From an uncultured Thermoanaerobaculia bacterium (GTDB lineage: Bacteria > Acidobacteriota > Thermoanaerobaculia > Multivoradales > JAGPDF01), in contig CAZUAT010000006.1 in NCBI GenBank assembly GCA_964618415.1, positions 1,025-65,024 on the forward strand: a stretch of 64,000 nt of DNA, read 5' to 3'. Within the stretch, counting starts at the first letter, position 1; each line of letters begins with the position of its first letter. The position numbers were made by a program, and so were the translations under genes. The notes under the pieces were generated by a model. It made no database searches and was not told where the DNA came from. It saw only the letters and a list, made by a program, of their open reading frames with translations. This document shows positions 19,407 through 29,394 of the stretch, in pieces.

Positions 19407-20222
19407 GTGAGCAACGCCCTGCCGCCGGTCCTGGTCGGATTCGATGCCTCAGCCGATGCCGTCCGCGCCGCGGACTGGGGAGCGGCCGTCGCCGCCGCCC
19501 GACCCGGCACGGCGCTGCACCTAGTGCAGGCGCTCTCCCTGCCGCCCATCCCGATGCATGCCACGGCACGCTCGGCGGCCGACGTTCTGCGCGTCCACGA
19601 GCAGGAGGCGCAGGCAGCGCTGGAGGCCGAGCGCGATCGCCGAAGTGCGGCCGGGCTGGCGGTGGAGATCCACCTGCGCCGCTGGCCTCCCGCCGAGACG
19701 GTTCTCGAGCACGCGGATGCGTCGGGCGCCGGCCTCATCGTCGTTGGCCAGCGCGGCAGCGCCACCAGCCGCGTGCTGCTCGGAAGCGTCTCCGGGAAGG
19801 TGGCGCGCAGCGCCCGGGTGCCGGTCGTCGTCATCCGGGGCGCTGGCGGGGCGGTCCCTGCCCGACGCGTGCTGCTGGCCGCGGACGGTTCGCCGAGCTG
19901 CCTCGCCGCGGCGGCCGCCGTCGCTACCTGGCTTCCCGAATCCCGGGTCACCGCCGTGCGCGTTCTCGAGCCCGGGGAAACGGCCGAGGCCGGCCCGCTG
20001 GTGGGGGCTCTCGAGGCGAGCGGCCTGGGCTCCGAGCGCTGCCGCCTGGAGTTCGCCCACGGGCCGACGGCGCGCACCCTGCTCGATCTGGCGCGCGACG
20101 GCGACTACGACCTGGTCGCGGCGGGCCGGCGCGGGCTTTCGGAGTGGGAGGGCCTGCTGACCGGCGCAGTCTCCGAGAAGCTCCTGCTGCTGGCGCCGTG
20201 CCCGATTCTGGTCGCCCACTGA
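19407..20222 (+). CDS. tandem universal stress protein (2 USP domains)
   Basis: Inner part of ORF 19038..20222. A GTG 19407 start follows GGAGGA. Each half ends with a G-x2-G-x9-GSVS-like motif (VVGQRGSATSRVLLGSVSGKVARSARVPVVVI and AAGRRGLSEWEGLLTGAVSEKLLLLAPCPILV). Confidence 0.85.
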   Translation: MSNALPPVLVGFDASADAVRAADWGAAVAAARPGTALHLVQALSLPPIPMHATARSAADVLRVHEQEAQAALEAERDRRSAAGLAVEIHLRRWPPAETVLEHADASGAGLIVVGQRGSATSRVLLGSVSGKVARSARVPVVVIRGAGGAVPARRVLLAADGSPSCLAAAAAVATWLPESRVTAVRVLEPGETAEAGPLVGALEASGLGSERCRLEFAHGPTARTLLDLARDGDYDLVAAGRRGLSEWEGLLTGAVSEKLLLLAPCPILVAH

Positions 20223-20272
20223 ACTTCCTCCACGGTCGGCACGTATCCGGAGGAAACCCCGGAGGCTGACCG

Positions 20273-21751
20273 ATGCCCCAGCAACGACCGACCACGCCGC
20301 CCGCCCGCCCGCACCGCCGCTCGCTCGCCCTGCGCGCCCTGATCGGCTGCTCCCTGCTGCTCGCCGGCAGCTCCGGCGGCGTCGCTCAGGAGTTGCCGCC
20401 GGCGGACCTGCGCCTCGCTGCAAGCGGCGTCGTCCTGCCCGAGGTGGCGCCCCCGGCCGACCCCAGCCAGACCTGGGCGCTCTACCTGCCGACCGCGTTC
20501 ACCGCGGAGCGGCGCTGGCCGCTGCTGGTGATCTTCGACCCGCGCGGCGCCGGCGCGAGGGCGGCCGATCTGTTCCGGCCCGCGGCGGAGGAGTTCGGAT
20601 GGATCGTGGCCGCGTCGAACCGCACCCGTTCAGACGGCGGCTCGCCGGCCGAGAATCAGCGGGCGATCAACAGCCTGCTCGGCGACGTCACGACGCGGCT
20701 GCCGATCGACCCGCAGCGGATGTACGCAGCCGGCTTCTCCGGTGGTGCGGTTCTCGCCTGGGCGGTCGGCGTGCTGGGTGGCGAGCTGGCGGGAGTGATC
20801 GCTGTCGGGGGGCGCCCCGCACCCGAGCATGCCGCCCGCCGACCGACCTTCCCGCTCTTCGCTGCCGCCGGCAGCGAGGATTTCAACTACCTGCCAACCC
20901 TCGACCTGGTGGAACATGCCGCAGCCGCCGGCGTGCCGACCCGGTTCGAAGAGTTTGCCGGACCGCACGCCTGGTGCCCCCCCGAGGTGGCCCGCCGCGC
21001 GGTGGCCTGGATGGAGCTCCAGTCCACCGCGGCACGAGCACAGCTGTCGCCGGAGCGCCTCGCAGCGCTGTTCGCCGAGGAGGTCGCCGCGGCCGATCGC
21101 AAGCTCACCGCGGGCGATCGGCTGGCAGCCCTGCGCGCGTGGCGCGAGATCGCCGATGCGTTCCGCTTTGCGCCCGCGATGGCGGCGCAGGTGGCAGAGC
21201 TGGAGCGGCGAGCGGCCGACCTGGCGGCCCAGCCCGAAACGTCGGCCGCCGAGAAGGCCGAGCGCACAGCGATCAAAGCGGAGCGGCAGGCTCAGGTGCG
21301 GCTCGGCCAGGCGATCGGCCTGCTGCAGGCCGAGCTGCCGCCCACCGCCGCCCGGGTCGAAAACGTGCTCGGCCTGGCCGACCTGCACCGGCGCAGCGCC
21401 GACAGCGGCCCCCGGGGCGCGGCGGCGCGGCGCGCGCTGGCCACGGCGCACGTCAACCTTTCTTTCTACCTCGGCCTCACCTGGCTGCAGGCAGGCGAAC
21501 TCGACCGCGCGCTACCGGCGCTCACCGCTGCCACGGCGATCCGCCCGGACGACCCGGTCAGCTGGTACAACCTCGCATGCGTGCGCGCCCGCCTGGGGCG
21601 CAACGCCGACGCGATCGAAGCGCTCGAGCGATCGCTCGAGGCTGGCCTGCCCCAGCCTGACAAGCTCCGTACCGACTCGGATCTCGACTCCCTGCGCCCG
21701 CTGCCCGCCTTCGCCGCGCTGCTCGAGCGGATCGATCCGGCCGGCGGCTGA
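20273..21751 (+). CDS. secreted alpha/beta-hydrolase (esterase-like) with a C-terminal TPR region
   Basis: ORF of 492 aa with a signal peptide. It has a nucleophile-elbow-like GFSGG and TPR-like helices at the C-terminus (WYNLACVRARLGRNADAIEALERSLEAG). Confidence 0.75.
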   Translation: MPQQRPTTPPARPHRRSLALRALIGCSLLLAGSSGGVAQELPPADLRLAASGVVLPEVAPPADPSQTWALYLPTAFTAERRWPLLVIFDPRGAGARAADLFRPAAEEFGWIVAASNRTRSDGGSPAENQRAINSLLGDVTTRLPIDPQRMYAAGFSGGAVLAWAVGVLGGELAGVIAVGGRPAPEHAARRPTFPLFAAAGSEDFNYLPTLDLVEHAAAAGVPTRFEEFAGPHAWCPPEVARRAVAWMELQSTAARAQLSPERLAALFAEEVAAADRKLTAGDRLAALRAWREIADAFRFAPAMAAQVAELERRAADLAAQPETSAAEKAERTAIKAERQAQVRLGQAIGLLQAELPPTAARVENVLGLADLHRRSADSGPRGAAARRALATAHVNLSFYLGLTWLQAGELDRALPALTAATAIRPDDPVSWYNLACVRARLGRNADAIEALERSLEAGLPQPDKLRTDSDLDSLRPLPAFAALLERIDPAGG

Positions 21752-21927
21752 ATTCGAATCCGGTTCCAGCAGTGGCATGACCGCGGCCCCGCCCCGCGGC
21801 GCGGGGCGCCCTCTCCTCCCGCGGCGCGGCGACGACGGACCGCCCAGGCCGTACGCTGCCGGGCGAGATGGACCGATCCGCCGACACGCCCAGGCTTGCC
21901 CCCAACTGGGCGCTCGACCCTCCCCCG

Positions 21928-22524
21928 ATGCGAATCTGCGTCGGCACGACGTTCTCACCGGCCAGCTACCGGATCGTCGAGACGGCAGCGGCACTCGCGG
22001 AGTCGCTGGCGGCCGCACTGCTGCTGGTCCACGTCGCGGCGCCCGGCGAGCCACCGGCCGCAGTGGAACAGCACGAGCGGCGGTTGCGATCGCAGGCCGA
22101 CCGGTTCGCCTCCGGCGTGCGCGCCACCCACGAGCTGCGCACCGATCGCGAGCCGTGGCGCGGGCTGCTCCGCGAGCTCGACCCGGCCGCCGACCTGCTG
22201 GTGGTCGGCGTGCACGAGTCGGACGGAGTGCTCGGCAAACAGATCGGCAGCGCCAGCCGGCAGCTCGTCCGGCATGCCGAGCTGCCCCTGCTGCTGATCC
22301 GCGGGCGCGGGCCCCACCCACCCGGCCGCCGCCCGCCGACGGCCGGCACCGGCCCTGCCATCGCCGCGGTCCTCGGCGACGAAGCGAGCCTCCTACCCTT
22401 GCCTCCCCGTGGCGGGCTGCAGGGGTGGTGGCACCGCCGCCGGCTGCTGCGCCGGGTGGAGCGGGCGGCGGCCAGCGTGCTGCTGGTTCCGACGCGGCGG
22501 GCCGCGTCGGCGCTCAGTTCCTGA
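21928..22524 (+). CDS. universal stress protein-like
   Basis: Inner part of ORF 21868..22524, starting at MRICVGTTF. It reads LLLVHV...LLVVGVHESDGVLGKQIGSASRQLVRHAELPLLLI. Its 3' end overlaps the convergent response regulator by 11 nt. Confidence 0.65.
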   Translation: MRICVGTTFSPASYRIVETAAALAESLAAALLLVHVAAPGEPPAAVEQHERRLRSQADRFASGVRATHELRTDREPWRGLLRELDPAADLLVVGVHESDGVLGKQIGSASRQLVRHAELPLLLIRGRGPHPPGRRPPTAGTGPAIAAVLGDEASLLPLPPRGGLQGWWHRRRLLRRVERAAASVLLVPTRRAASALSS

Positions 22525-23167
22525 GCTTGTCCGGATCGACCAGGCCGCGCCGCAGCGCGTGCGACACCGCCTGGGCGCGGTTGTGCAGGTGGAGCTTGTC
22601 CAGGATGTTACGCACGTGGAACTTGACCGTGTTCTCGCTCACCCCGAGCCGCTTGCCGAGCTTGACGTTCGAAGTCACCCCCTCGACCATCAGTTCGAGA
22701 ACCTCCAGCTCGCGCGCGGTGAGCGCGTCGAGATCCTGCACACGCGGCTCCGGCGGCTTGCGGAACTCGGTGAGCAACCGTCGAGCCAAAGCGGGCGTGA
22801 GCGCGGGCTCGCCGCGACCGGCCGCGTCGAGCAGCGAGAAAAACGGTTCGGCCTCCAGGTTCTTGAGCAGATAGCCCTGCGCGCCGGCCTTGAGCGTTTC
22901 GAACAGGGCCTCGTCATCGTCGGACGCGGTGAGAATCACGATCCGCACCGACGGCAGCTCGGAAGAGAGCTGGCGGGTTGCCTCCAGGCCTCCCATCTCC
23001 GGCATCGACAGGTCCATGAGCAGAATGTCCGGCCGCGTGCGGCGTGCCATCTCGATCGCTTCCCGACCGTTGGCGGCCTCTCCGACCACTTCGTGGCCGC
23101 GCGCCTCCAGCAGGCTGCGCAGGCTGTCCCGAAACAGCGCATGATCGTCGGCAATGGCGATCCTCAT
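22514..23167 (-). CDS. NarL/LuxR-family response regulator
   Basis: C-terminal part of ORF 22514..23965. It has a receiver domain (MRIAIADDHALFRD...DILLMDLSMPEMGG) and a LuxR HTH (LTARELEVLELMVEGVTSNVKLGKRLGVSENTVKFHVRNIL). The ATG 23167 start overlaps the kinase stop (ATGA). Confidence 0.92.
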   Translation of the reverse strand: MRIAIADDHALFRDSLRSLLEARGHEVVGEAANGREAIEMARRTRPDILLMDLSMPEMGGLEATRQLSSELPSVRIVILTASDDDEALFETLKAGAQGYLLKNLEAEPFFSLLDAAGRGEPALTPALARRLLTEFRKPPEPRVQDLDALTARELEVLELMVEGVTSNVKLGKRLGVSENTVKFHVRNILDKLHLHNRAQAVSHALRRGLVDPDKLRN

Positions 23168-24525
23168 CCCGCAACCCCTTTCGTGACCCTCAGAGCCCGG
23201 ACGGGGAGGTCGACCGACACCCGGGTCGGCCCCCCGTTGCGCGAATCGAGCTGGAGGTGGCCGCCCACCAGCTCGACCCGTTCCTGCATGCTGCGCAGGC
23301 CGAAGCGCGGCAGCGGGGCCGGCGGAGGCGCCTGCGGATCGAAGCCGACCCCGTCGTCCTCGATCTCCAGCCGCACCCGTTCGTCCTCGCGTGCCAGCCG
23401 CACCCTCACGCGCCGGGCGCCGGCGTGCCGGCGGACGTTGTTGAGCGCCTCGCCGGCCACGCGCAGCAGCTGAATCTCCACCTCCGGCTGCAGGGCGAGT
23501 GCCTCGTCGAGTTCGAGGTCGAGCTCGACGCCGGATTCGCTCGCCCACGTGGTCGCCAGGGCACGCAGTTCCTCGGCGAAGGATCGTTCCTGTTGGGCCG
23601 CCTCGCGCAGCGTGACGATCCCCTTGCGCACTTCCGAGTAGACCTCCCGGGCGGCAGCCGCCAGCTGGTCGAGCTGGGTCGCCGCGGCGGCTCCGTTGCC
23701 GGCCACCAGATGCTCGCGCACCGCCTGCGCCTTGGCATTCACGTAGGCGAGCACCTGGGCCGTGCCGTCGTGCAGGTCGCGCGAGATGCGGGCCCGCTCC
23801 TCGGCGACCGCCAGGTCGCGCAGCCTGCGGTTCAGGAACTGGTTGTCGATCGCGATCCCGACCTGGGTCGCGAAACGCTGCAGCGTCTCGGCGTCGCCCT
23901 CGGTGAACTCGCGCCGGTCGATGCGATCGGACAGGTACAGGTTGCCGCGGAACGGACCGCGGCACTCCACCGGGACCGCGAGGAGCGACTTCATCGGCGG
24001 GTGATTGGGAGGAAAGCCGGCGCTGCGCGGGTCCTGCCCGATGTTGGGGAGGCGCAGGATCTGGCCCTCGCGCAGCGGAACGCCGAGCAGCCCGCGCCCG
24101 CGCGGTGGCTCGCCGATCCGTTCGCGCATCTCGGCGCTTAGCCCGGAGGTGTGGAAGACCTGGATGCCGCCGTCATCGTCGACCACCGAGAGAGCGCCGT
24201 ACTCCGCGCGGACCAGGTCGCGCGCTTCGTCGACGACCCGCTGCAACAGCAGGTCCAGATCGAGAACGCGGTGGACGTCCTGCGCGGCGGCGTGCAGCAT
24301 GAGCAGTTCGCGGTTGCGCCGCACGAGCTCGTCCTGCAGGCGACGGAAGTAGTGGATCAGAACGGCAAAGAAGGCGACGGCACCGGCCACGACCAGGGCC
24401 TCGACGACCAGTTGGATCGGCCGCGTTCCGCCCACGTGCGCCACCGAGTAGCGGGACACGGCCAAGAGGGTCACGAGCAGGGCGAGGCCCAGGAAGCCGT
24501 AGAGCTGGAGGCGGGCGAGAGTCAT
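23164..24525 (-). CDS. GAF-domain sensor histidine kinase (HisKA_3 / NarX-DevS type)
   Basis: ORF of 453 aa with two N-terminal TM segments and a GAF domain. The H-box is ISRDLHDGTAQVL and the ATPase region includes EALNNVRRHA and DDGVGF. Confidence 0.9.
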   Translation of the reverse strand: MTLARLQLYGFLGLALLVTLLAVSRYSVAHVGGTRPIQLVVEALVVAGAVAFFAVLIHYFRRLQDELVRRNRELLMLHAAAQDVHRVLDLDLLLQRVVDEARDLVRAEYGALSVVDDDGGIQVFHTSGLSAEMRERIGEPPRGRGLLGVPLREGQILRLPNIGQDPRSAGFPPNHPPMKSLLAVPVECRGPFRGNLYLSDRIDRREFTEGDAETLQRFATQVGIAIDNQFLNRRLRDLAVAEERARISRDLHDGTAQVLAYVNAKAQAVREHLVAGNGAAAATQLDQLAAAAREVYSEVRKGIVTLREAAQQERSFAEELRALATTWASESGVELDLELDEALALQPEVEIQLLRVAGEALNNVRRHAGARRVRVRLAREDERVRLEIEDDGVGFDPQAPPPAPLPRFGLRSMQERVELVGGHLQLDSRNGGPTRVSVDLPVRALRVTKGVAG

Positions 24526-24720
24526 CGGCGCGCGGAGCTTATCGGAGCTGGACCGCCCCTACGGGTAGTTCCCCCTCCCCCCTCGACGCGACGTCGTCCC
24601 GCCTCGCCGAGTGAAGGCGCAGTCGCCGGCCCGGCCTACGCTGCCTCTCGGGAACTACGACGCCGCCTGCCGGGCAACGGAGCCTGCACCGCGAGCGTCG
24701 ACCGACCCGGGAGAAGGGTC

Positions 24721-25959
24721 ATGAGAACCGCGAAGCAGACTGCGTTGAAGACCGTCCTCGCCCTGGCCGTGGCGCTGGGTACCGGCGCCGCCAGCGCCCA
24801 GATCGAAATCGCCAGCTGGAACAACACCACCGTCTACCTCGGAGTCGACACGGTCGGCACCGTGCAGGCGCTGTCGCAGGAGAACGTCTACGACAACGCC
24901 ACCGGCCTCGAGGTCGCCGACCTCGATCCCGGCTTCCAGACCGCCTGGGGCAACCTGGCGATCTCGGCCACCTTCGGCAAGGAGAAGGAGGTCGAGATGT
25001 TCTTCGACCTGCTCATCAGCAGCCGCAGCCACCCGTCGACTACCTACGGTCACCAGGGCTATCTGATGGTGCGCGGGATGCCGGGCGACCTGAAGAACGT
25101 CCGCCTGCTCGATTCGCTGTTCGACAAGATCGACCTCAAGATCGGCCACTTCCATCTCGACTACGGCGACCACGGCTACCACCGGTCGGACAACGCGGCG
25201 ACCCAGAAGAACCCGCTGATCGGCAACTTCGTGATCGATCCGGAGCTGGTCGACATCGGGGCCGAGATCTCGAGTGAGCCGGGCAAGTTCAACTGGATGG
25301 TCGGTGTCTCCAACGGCACCAACACCGAGAACGTGCAGGACGGGCGCGGCAACGCGTTCCACGGCAAGGTCTGGCTCGACCTGGCGCCCGTGCGCGCCTC
25401 GATCTCCGGCTTCCGCGTCGACCACTCCGACAGCGCCACCGCGCGAGCCACTCTGTTCTCCGGCAACCGCGACGGCGAACGTTACGGCGGCGTGATCGGC
25501 GGCGGCCAGGCCCCGGGCCAGGTCCTGCCGGCCGGCGCCAAGGACGTGACTGCCTGGCAGGCCGACCTGACCTGGACCGGCGACAAGCTGTCGCTCTATG
25601 GTCACTACGGCAACACCGAGGATGCCGACATCAACGGCGTCGCCGAGGGCACCCCGACCGAGGAGTGGAACTACTATGCGGGGCAGGCGGTCTGGAAGTT
25701 CACCCCCAAGGTCCACGGCGCGGTCCGCTACAGCGCGGCCCGGGCGGACATCCTCAACGACGTCGCCTCGGACGGCAAGGTCGACCGGATTCAGATCGGC
25801 GGCGGGTACTGGCTGACCGACGAGCTGCTGGCCAAGATCGAATACGTGCACCAGGAGTACGACGGCTTCGCCGAGGGAGACGTGCTCAACAACAACATCC
25901 AGGCCTGGCGCGACCCGAGCTTCAGCGGCGTGGCCATGGAAGTTTCCTTCAGCTTCTGA
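24721..25959 (+). CDS. putative outer-membrane beta-barrel porin
   Basis: Inner part of ORF 24151..25959, starting at MRTAKQTALKTVLALAVALGTGAASAQ (signal peptide). It shows an alternating amphipathic pattern, is rich in G/Y/D/N, and has a C-terminal VSFSF. Confidence 0.65.
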   Translation: MRTAKQTALKTVLALAVALGTGAASAQIEIASWNNTTVYLGVDTVGTVQALSQENVYDNATGLEVADLDPGFQTAWGNLAISATFGKEKEVEMFFDLLISSRSHPSTTYGHQGYLMVRGMPGDLKNVRLLDSLFDKIDLKIGHFHLDYGDHGYHRSDNAATQKNPLIGNFVIDPELVDIGAEISSEPGKFNWMVGVSNGTNTENVQDGRGNAFHGKVWLDLAPVRASISGFRVDHSDSATARATLFSGNRDGERYGGVIGGGQAPGQVLPAGAKDVTAWQADLTWTGDKLSLYGHYGNTEDADINGVAEGTPTEEWNYYAGQAVWKFTPKVHGAVRYSAARADILNDVASDGKVDRIQIGGGYWLTDELLAKIEYVHQEYDGFAEGDVLNNNIQAWRDPSFSGVAMEVSFSF

Positions 25960-25989
25960 GCCTGGCGCGACGAGACACGGAGACCGACC

Positions 25990-26625
25990 ATGAAGCGCAT
26001 CGTCGTCATCCTGCTCGCCGCGGTGATCGCGGCCCCCGCCCTCGCCGGCGAGGGGCCGCAGTCGCCGCTCGCCGGCCCGGCCGAAGTCCGCGTGTCCGGC
26101 ACCTCCACCCTGCACGACTGGACGGTTGCCAGCCGCACGATCGAAGGGAGCCTCACGGTCAGTGACGCCTTTCTGGTCGACCCGACGCTCGCATCGGCGC
26201 CCGATCTCAAGGCCGAGGGGCCTGTGCCGGGCCTCACCGTGGTGATCCCCGCCACCAGCCTCAAGAGCGACAGTCCGAAGATGGACAAGGTAATGCACGA
26301 GGCGCTCGCGGCGGCCGCCCACCCGCAGATCCGCTTTGCCCTCACGGGGGCGTCGCTGGCGTCGGGTGCGGACCCGGCCAGCGGGGCGTTCCGTCTCGAC
26401 GTGCGGGGGCAGCTCACGGTGGCTGGCCAGACCCGCGAGGTCGCCTTCCCGGTCGACGTCCAGCGCCGACCCTCGGGTCAGCTGGTGGTGACCGGCGAGG
26501 TGCCGCTGAAGATGACCACGTTCGGGATCAAGCCGCCGACCGCCCTGCTGGGCACGGTGCGCTCCGGCGACGACATCCGGGTGACCTTCCTGTGGGAGGT
26601 CACCCCCACACCCCGGGTCCCTTGA
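25990..26625 (+). CDS. YceI-like periplasmic protein
   Basis: ORF of 211 aa with a signal peptide. YceI-type signatures are present: GTSTLHDWT..., ...IPATSLKSDSPKMDKVMHE..., HPQIRF and LTVAGQTREV. Confidence 0.8.
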   Translation: MKRIVVILLAAVIAAPALAGEGPQSPLAGPAEVRVSGTSTLHDWTVASRTIEGSLTVSDAFLVDPTLASAPDLKAEGPVPGLTVVIPATSLKSDSPKMDKVMHEALAAAAHPQIRFALTGASLASGADPASGAFRLDVRGQLTVAGQTREVAFPVDVQRRPSGQLVVTGEVPLKMTTFGIKPPTALLGTVRSGDDIRVTFLWEVTPTPRVP

Positions 26626-26626
26626 A

Positions 26627-27319
26627 ATGCTTGCGAGCCGGCCGAACGGGTGGCGCGTCGGGTGGTTCTCCCTCCTTGCGGCCTGCCTCGTGGCGGCGCC
26701 ACTGGCCGCGACGGACGACGCCGCAGCGAGCCGCTTCCCGCTCACCCGTTCGAGCCGACTCGTGCTCGAGGGCAACACCAACCTCCACCGCTTCCGCTGC
26801 ACTGCGGCCGGCCTCGAGGGGGCGATCGAGTTCGCCGCCGCCCGCGAGCCGCTGCTGGCCGCGCTGATCGCATTCGAGAGTGGTCACCCGGCGCCGGCTG
26901 ACTCGGCAGGCGCCCCGCTGCCGCCCCCCCGATTCGAGCTCCGGCTGCCGATCGTCCAGCTCGACTGCGCCAGCCGCGGCATCGAGCGCGACCTGCGCCA
27001 GGCGCTCGACGCCGAGCACTATCCGCACATCCGCTTCGAGCTGACCGGCGTCGAACAGGTTCGGCGCGCCGCAGCTTCGGAGTCGATCACACTGCTCGAC
27101 CTGGCCGGCGTGCTGACCCTGCGCGAGGTCTCCCGACCGGTGCGCACGACGATCACCGCCCGGCCCGCGGTCGACGGCAACTACCGCCTGACCGGTCAGC
27201 TGCCGCTGCGCATGACCGACTTCGGCATCCCGCCGCCGGTCGCCCTGTTCGGCCTGATCCGGGTCGACGACTCGCTGCTCCTGCGCTTCGACGTCGAAGT
27301 CGCCGTCGGCGCCCGCTGA
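26627..27319 (+). CDS. YceI-like protein, second and more divergent copy
   Basis: ORF of 230 aa that starts 1 nt after the previous stop. It reads GNTNLHRFRCTA...RDLRQALDAEHYPHIRFELT...LTLREVSRPV. Confidence 0.65.
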   Translation: MLASRPNGWRVGWFSLLAACLVAAPLAATDDAAASRFPLTRSSRLVLEGNTNLHRFRCTAAGLEGAIEFAAAREPLLAALIAFESGHPAPADSAGAPLPPPRFELRLPIVQLDCASRGIERDLRQALDAEHYPHIRFELTGVEQVRRAAASESITLLDLAGVLTLREVSRPVRTTITARPAVDGNYRLTGQLPLRMTDFGIPPPVALFGLIRVDDSLLLRFDVEVAVGAR

Positions 27320-27399
27320 CACGCCGACTCCGCCGTCCCACCCGGACGACCGCGCGAGAGCGGCGTTCCGGGTGGTAGTCTGCCCGCGGACCTCCAACG

Positions 27400-27858
27400 A
27401 TGGGTGGAATCGGGCCGCTGCGGATCGGAGTGGCATTGGTCCTGGGGCTGGCGACCGGGATCGGTGCCTATACGTTCCTGTACGCCGACGGCGCGTCCTA
27501 CCTGACCAACGATCCGCGCGCCTGCGCCAACTGCCACGTGATGGAGGAGCAGTTTGCGGGGTGGACGAAGTCGAGCCATCGCGCCGTGGCGGTCTGCAAC
27601 GATTGTCACACTCCCCCCGGATTCGCCAACAAGTACTTCACCAAGGCCCTCAACGGCTGGAACCACTCGCTCGCCTTCACGACCGGGCGATTCCCCGAGC
27701 CGATCCGCATCACCCCGCGCAACGAGCGGGTGACCGAGGCGGCCTGCCGCAGCTGTCACCTGCCGATCGTCGAGGCGATCGACTCCCATGCGCCGGACGG
27801 CCGGGCCGGGGCGCTGTCGTGTATCCGCTGCCACCGCAACGTCGGCCATCTGCACTGA
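27400..27858 (+). CDS. nrfH: tetraheme cytochrome c quinol dehydrogenase NrfH (NapC/NirT family)
   Basis: ORF of 152 aa with an N-terminal TM helix and four CXXCH motifs (CANCH, CNDCH, CRSCH, CIRCH). Confidence 0.92.
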   Translation: MGGIGPLRIGVALVLGLATGIGAYTFLYADGASYLTNDPRACANCHVMEEQFAGWTKSSHRAVAVCNDCHTPPGFANKYFTKALNGWNHSLAFTTGRFPEPIRITPRNERVTEAACRSCHLPIVEAIDSHAPDGRAGALSCIRCHRNVGHLH

Positions 27859-27885
27859 TGCCGCCTGTTCCGAGAGGACTCCGCC

Positions 27886-29390
<1,505 letters not shown>

Positions 29391-29394
<4 letters not shown>

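Noticed and set aside
21749-21780. The string gaATTCGAATCCggttcc just after the hydrolase-TPR stop resembles a tRNA T-loop (GGTTCGAATCC). It raised the possibility of a tRNA gene or an att-site remnant.
   Set aside because: The 5 nt on either side of the TTCGAAT loop are not complementary (CTGAA versus CCGGT). I could not build an acceptor stem or the rest of a cloverleaf, and no integrase is nearby.
24565-24658. The inverted 9-mers GTAGTTCCC (24565-24573) and GGGAACTAC (24650-24658) lie in the divergent region between the GAF kinase operon and the porin-nrf operon. I considered them as a DosR/NarL-type operator pair.
   Set aside because: A single 9-nt inverted match within about 195 nt is not clearly beyond chance. 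The sites are about 85 nt apart, and neither resembles the DosR box (GGGACTnnAGTCCC) closely. I record it only as something to test by motif discovery.
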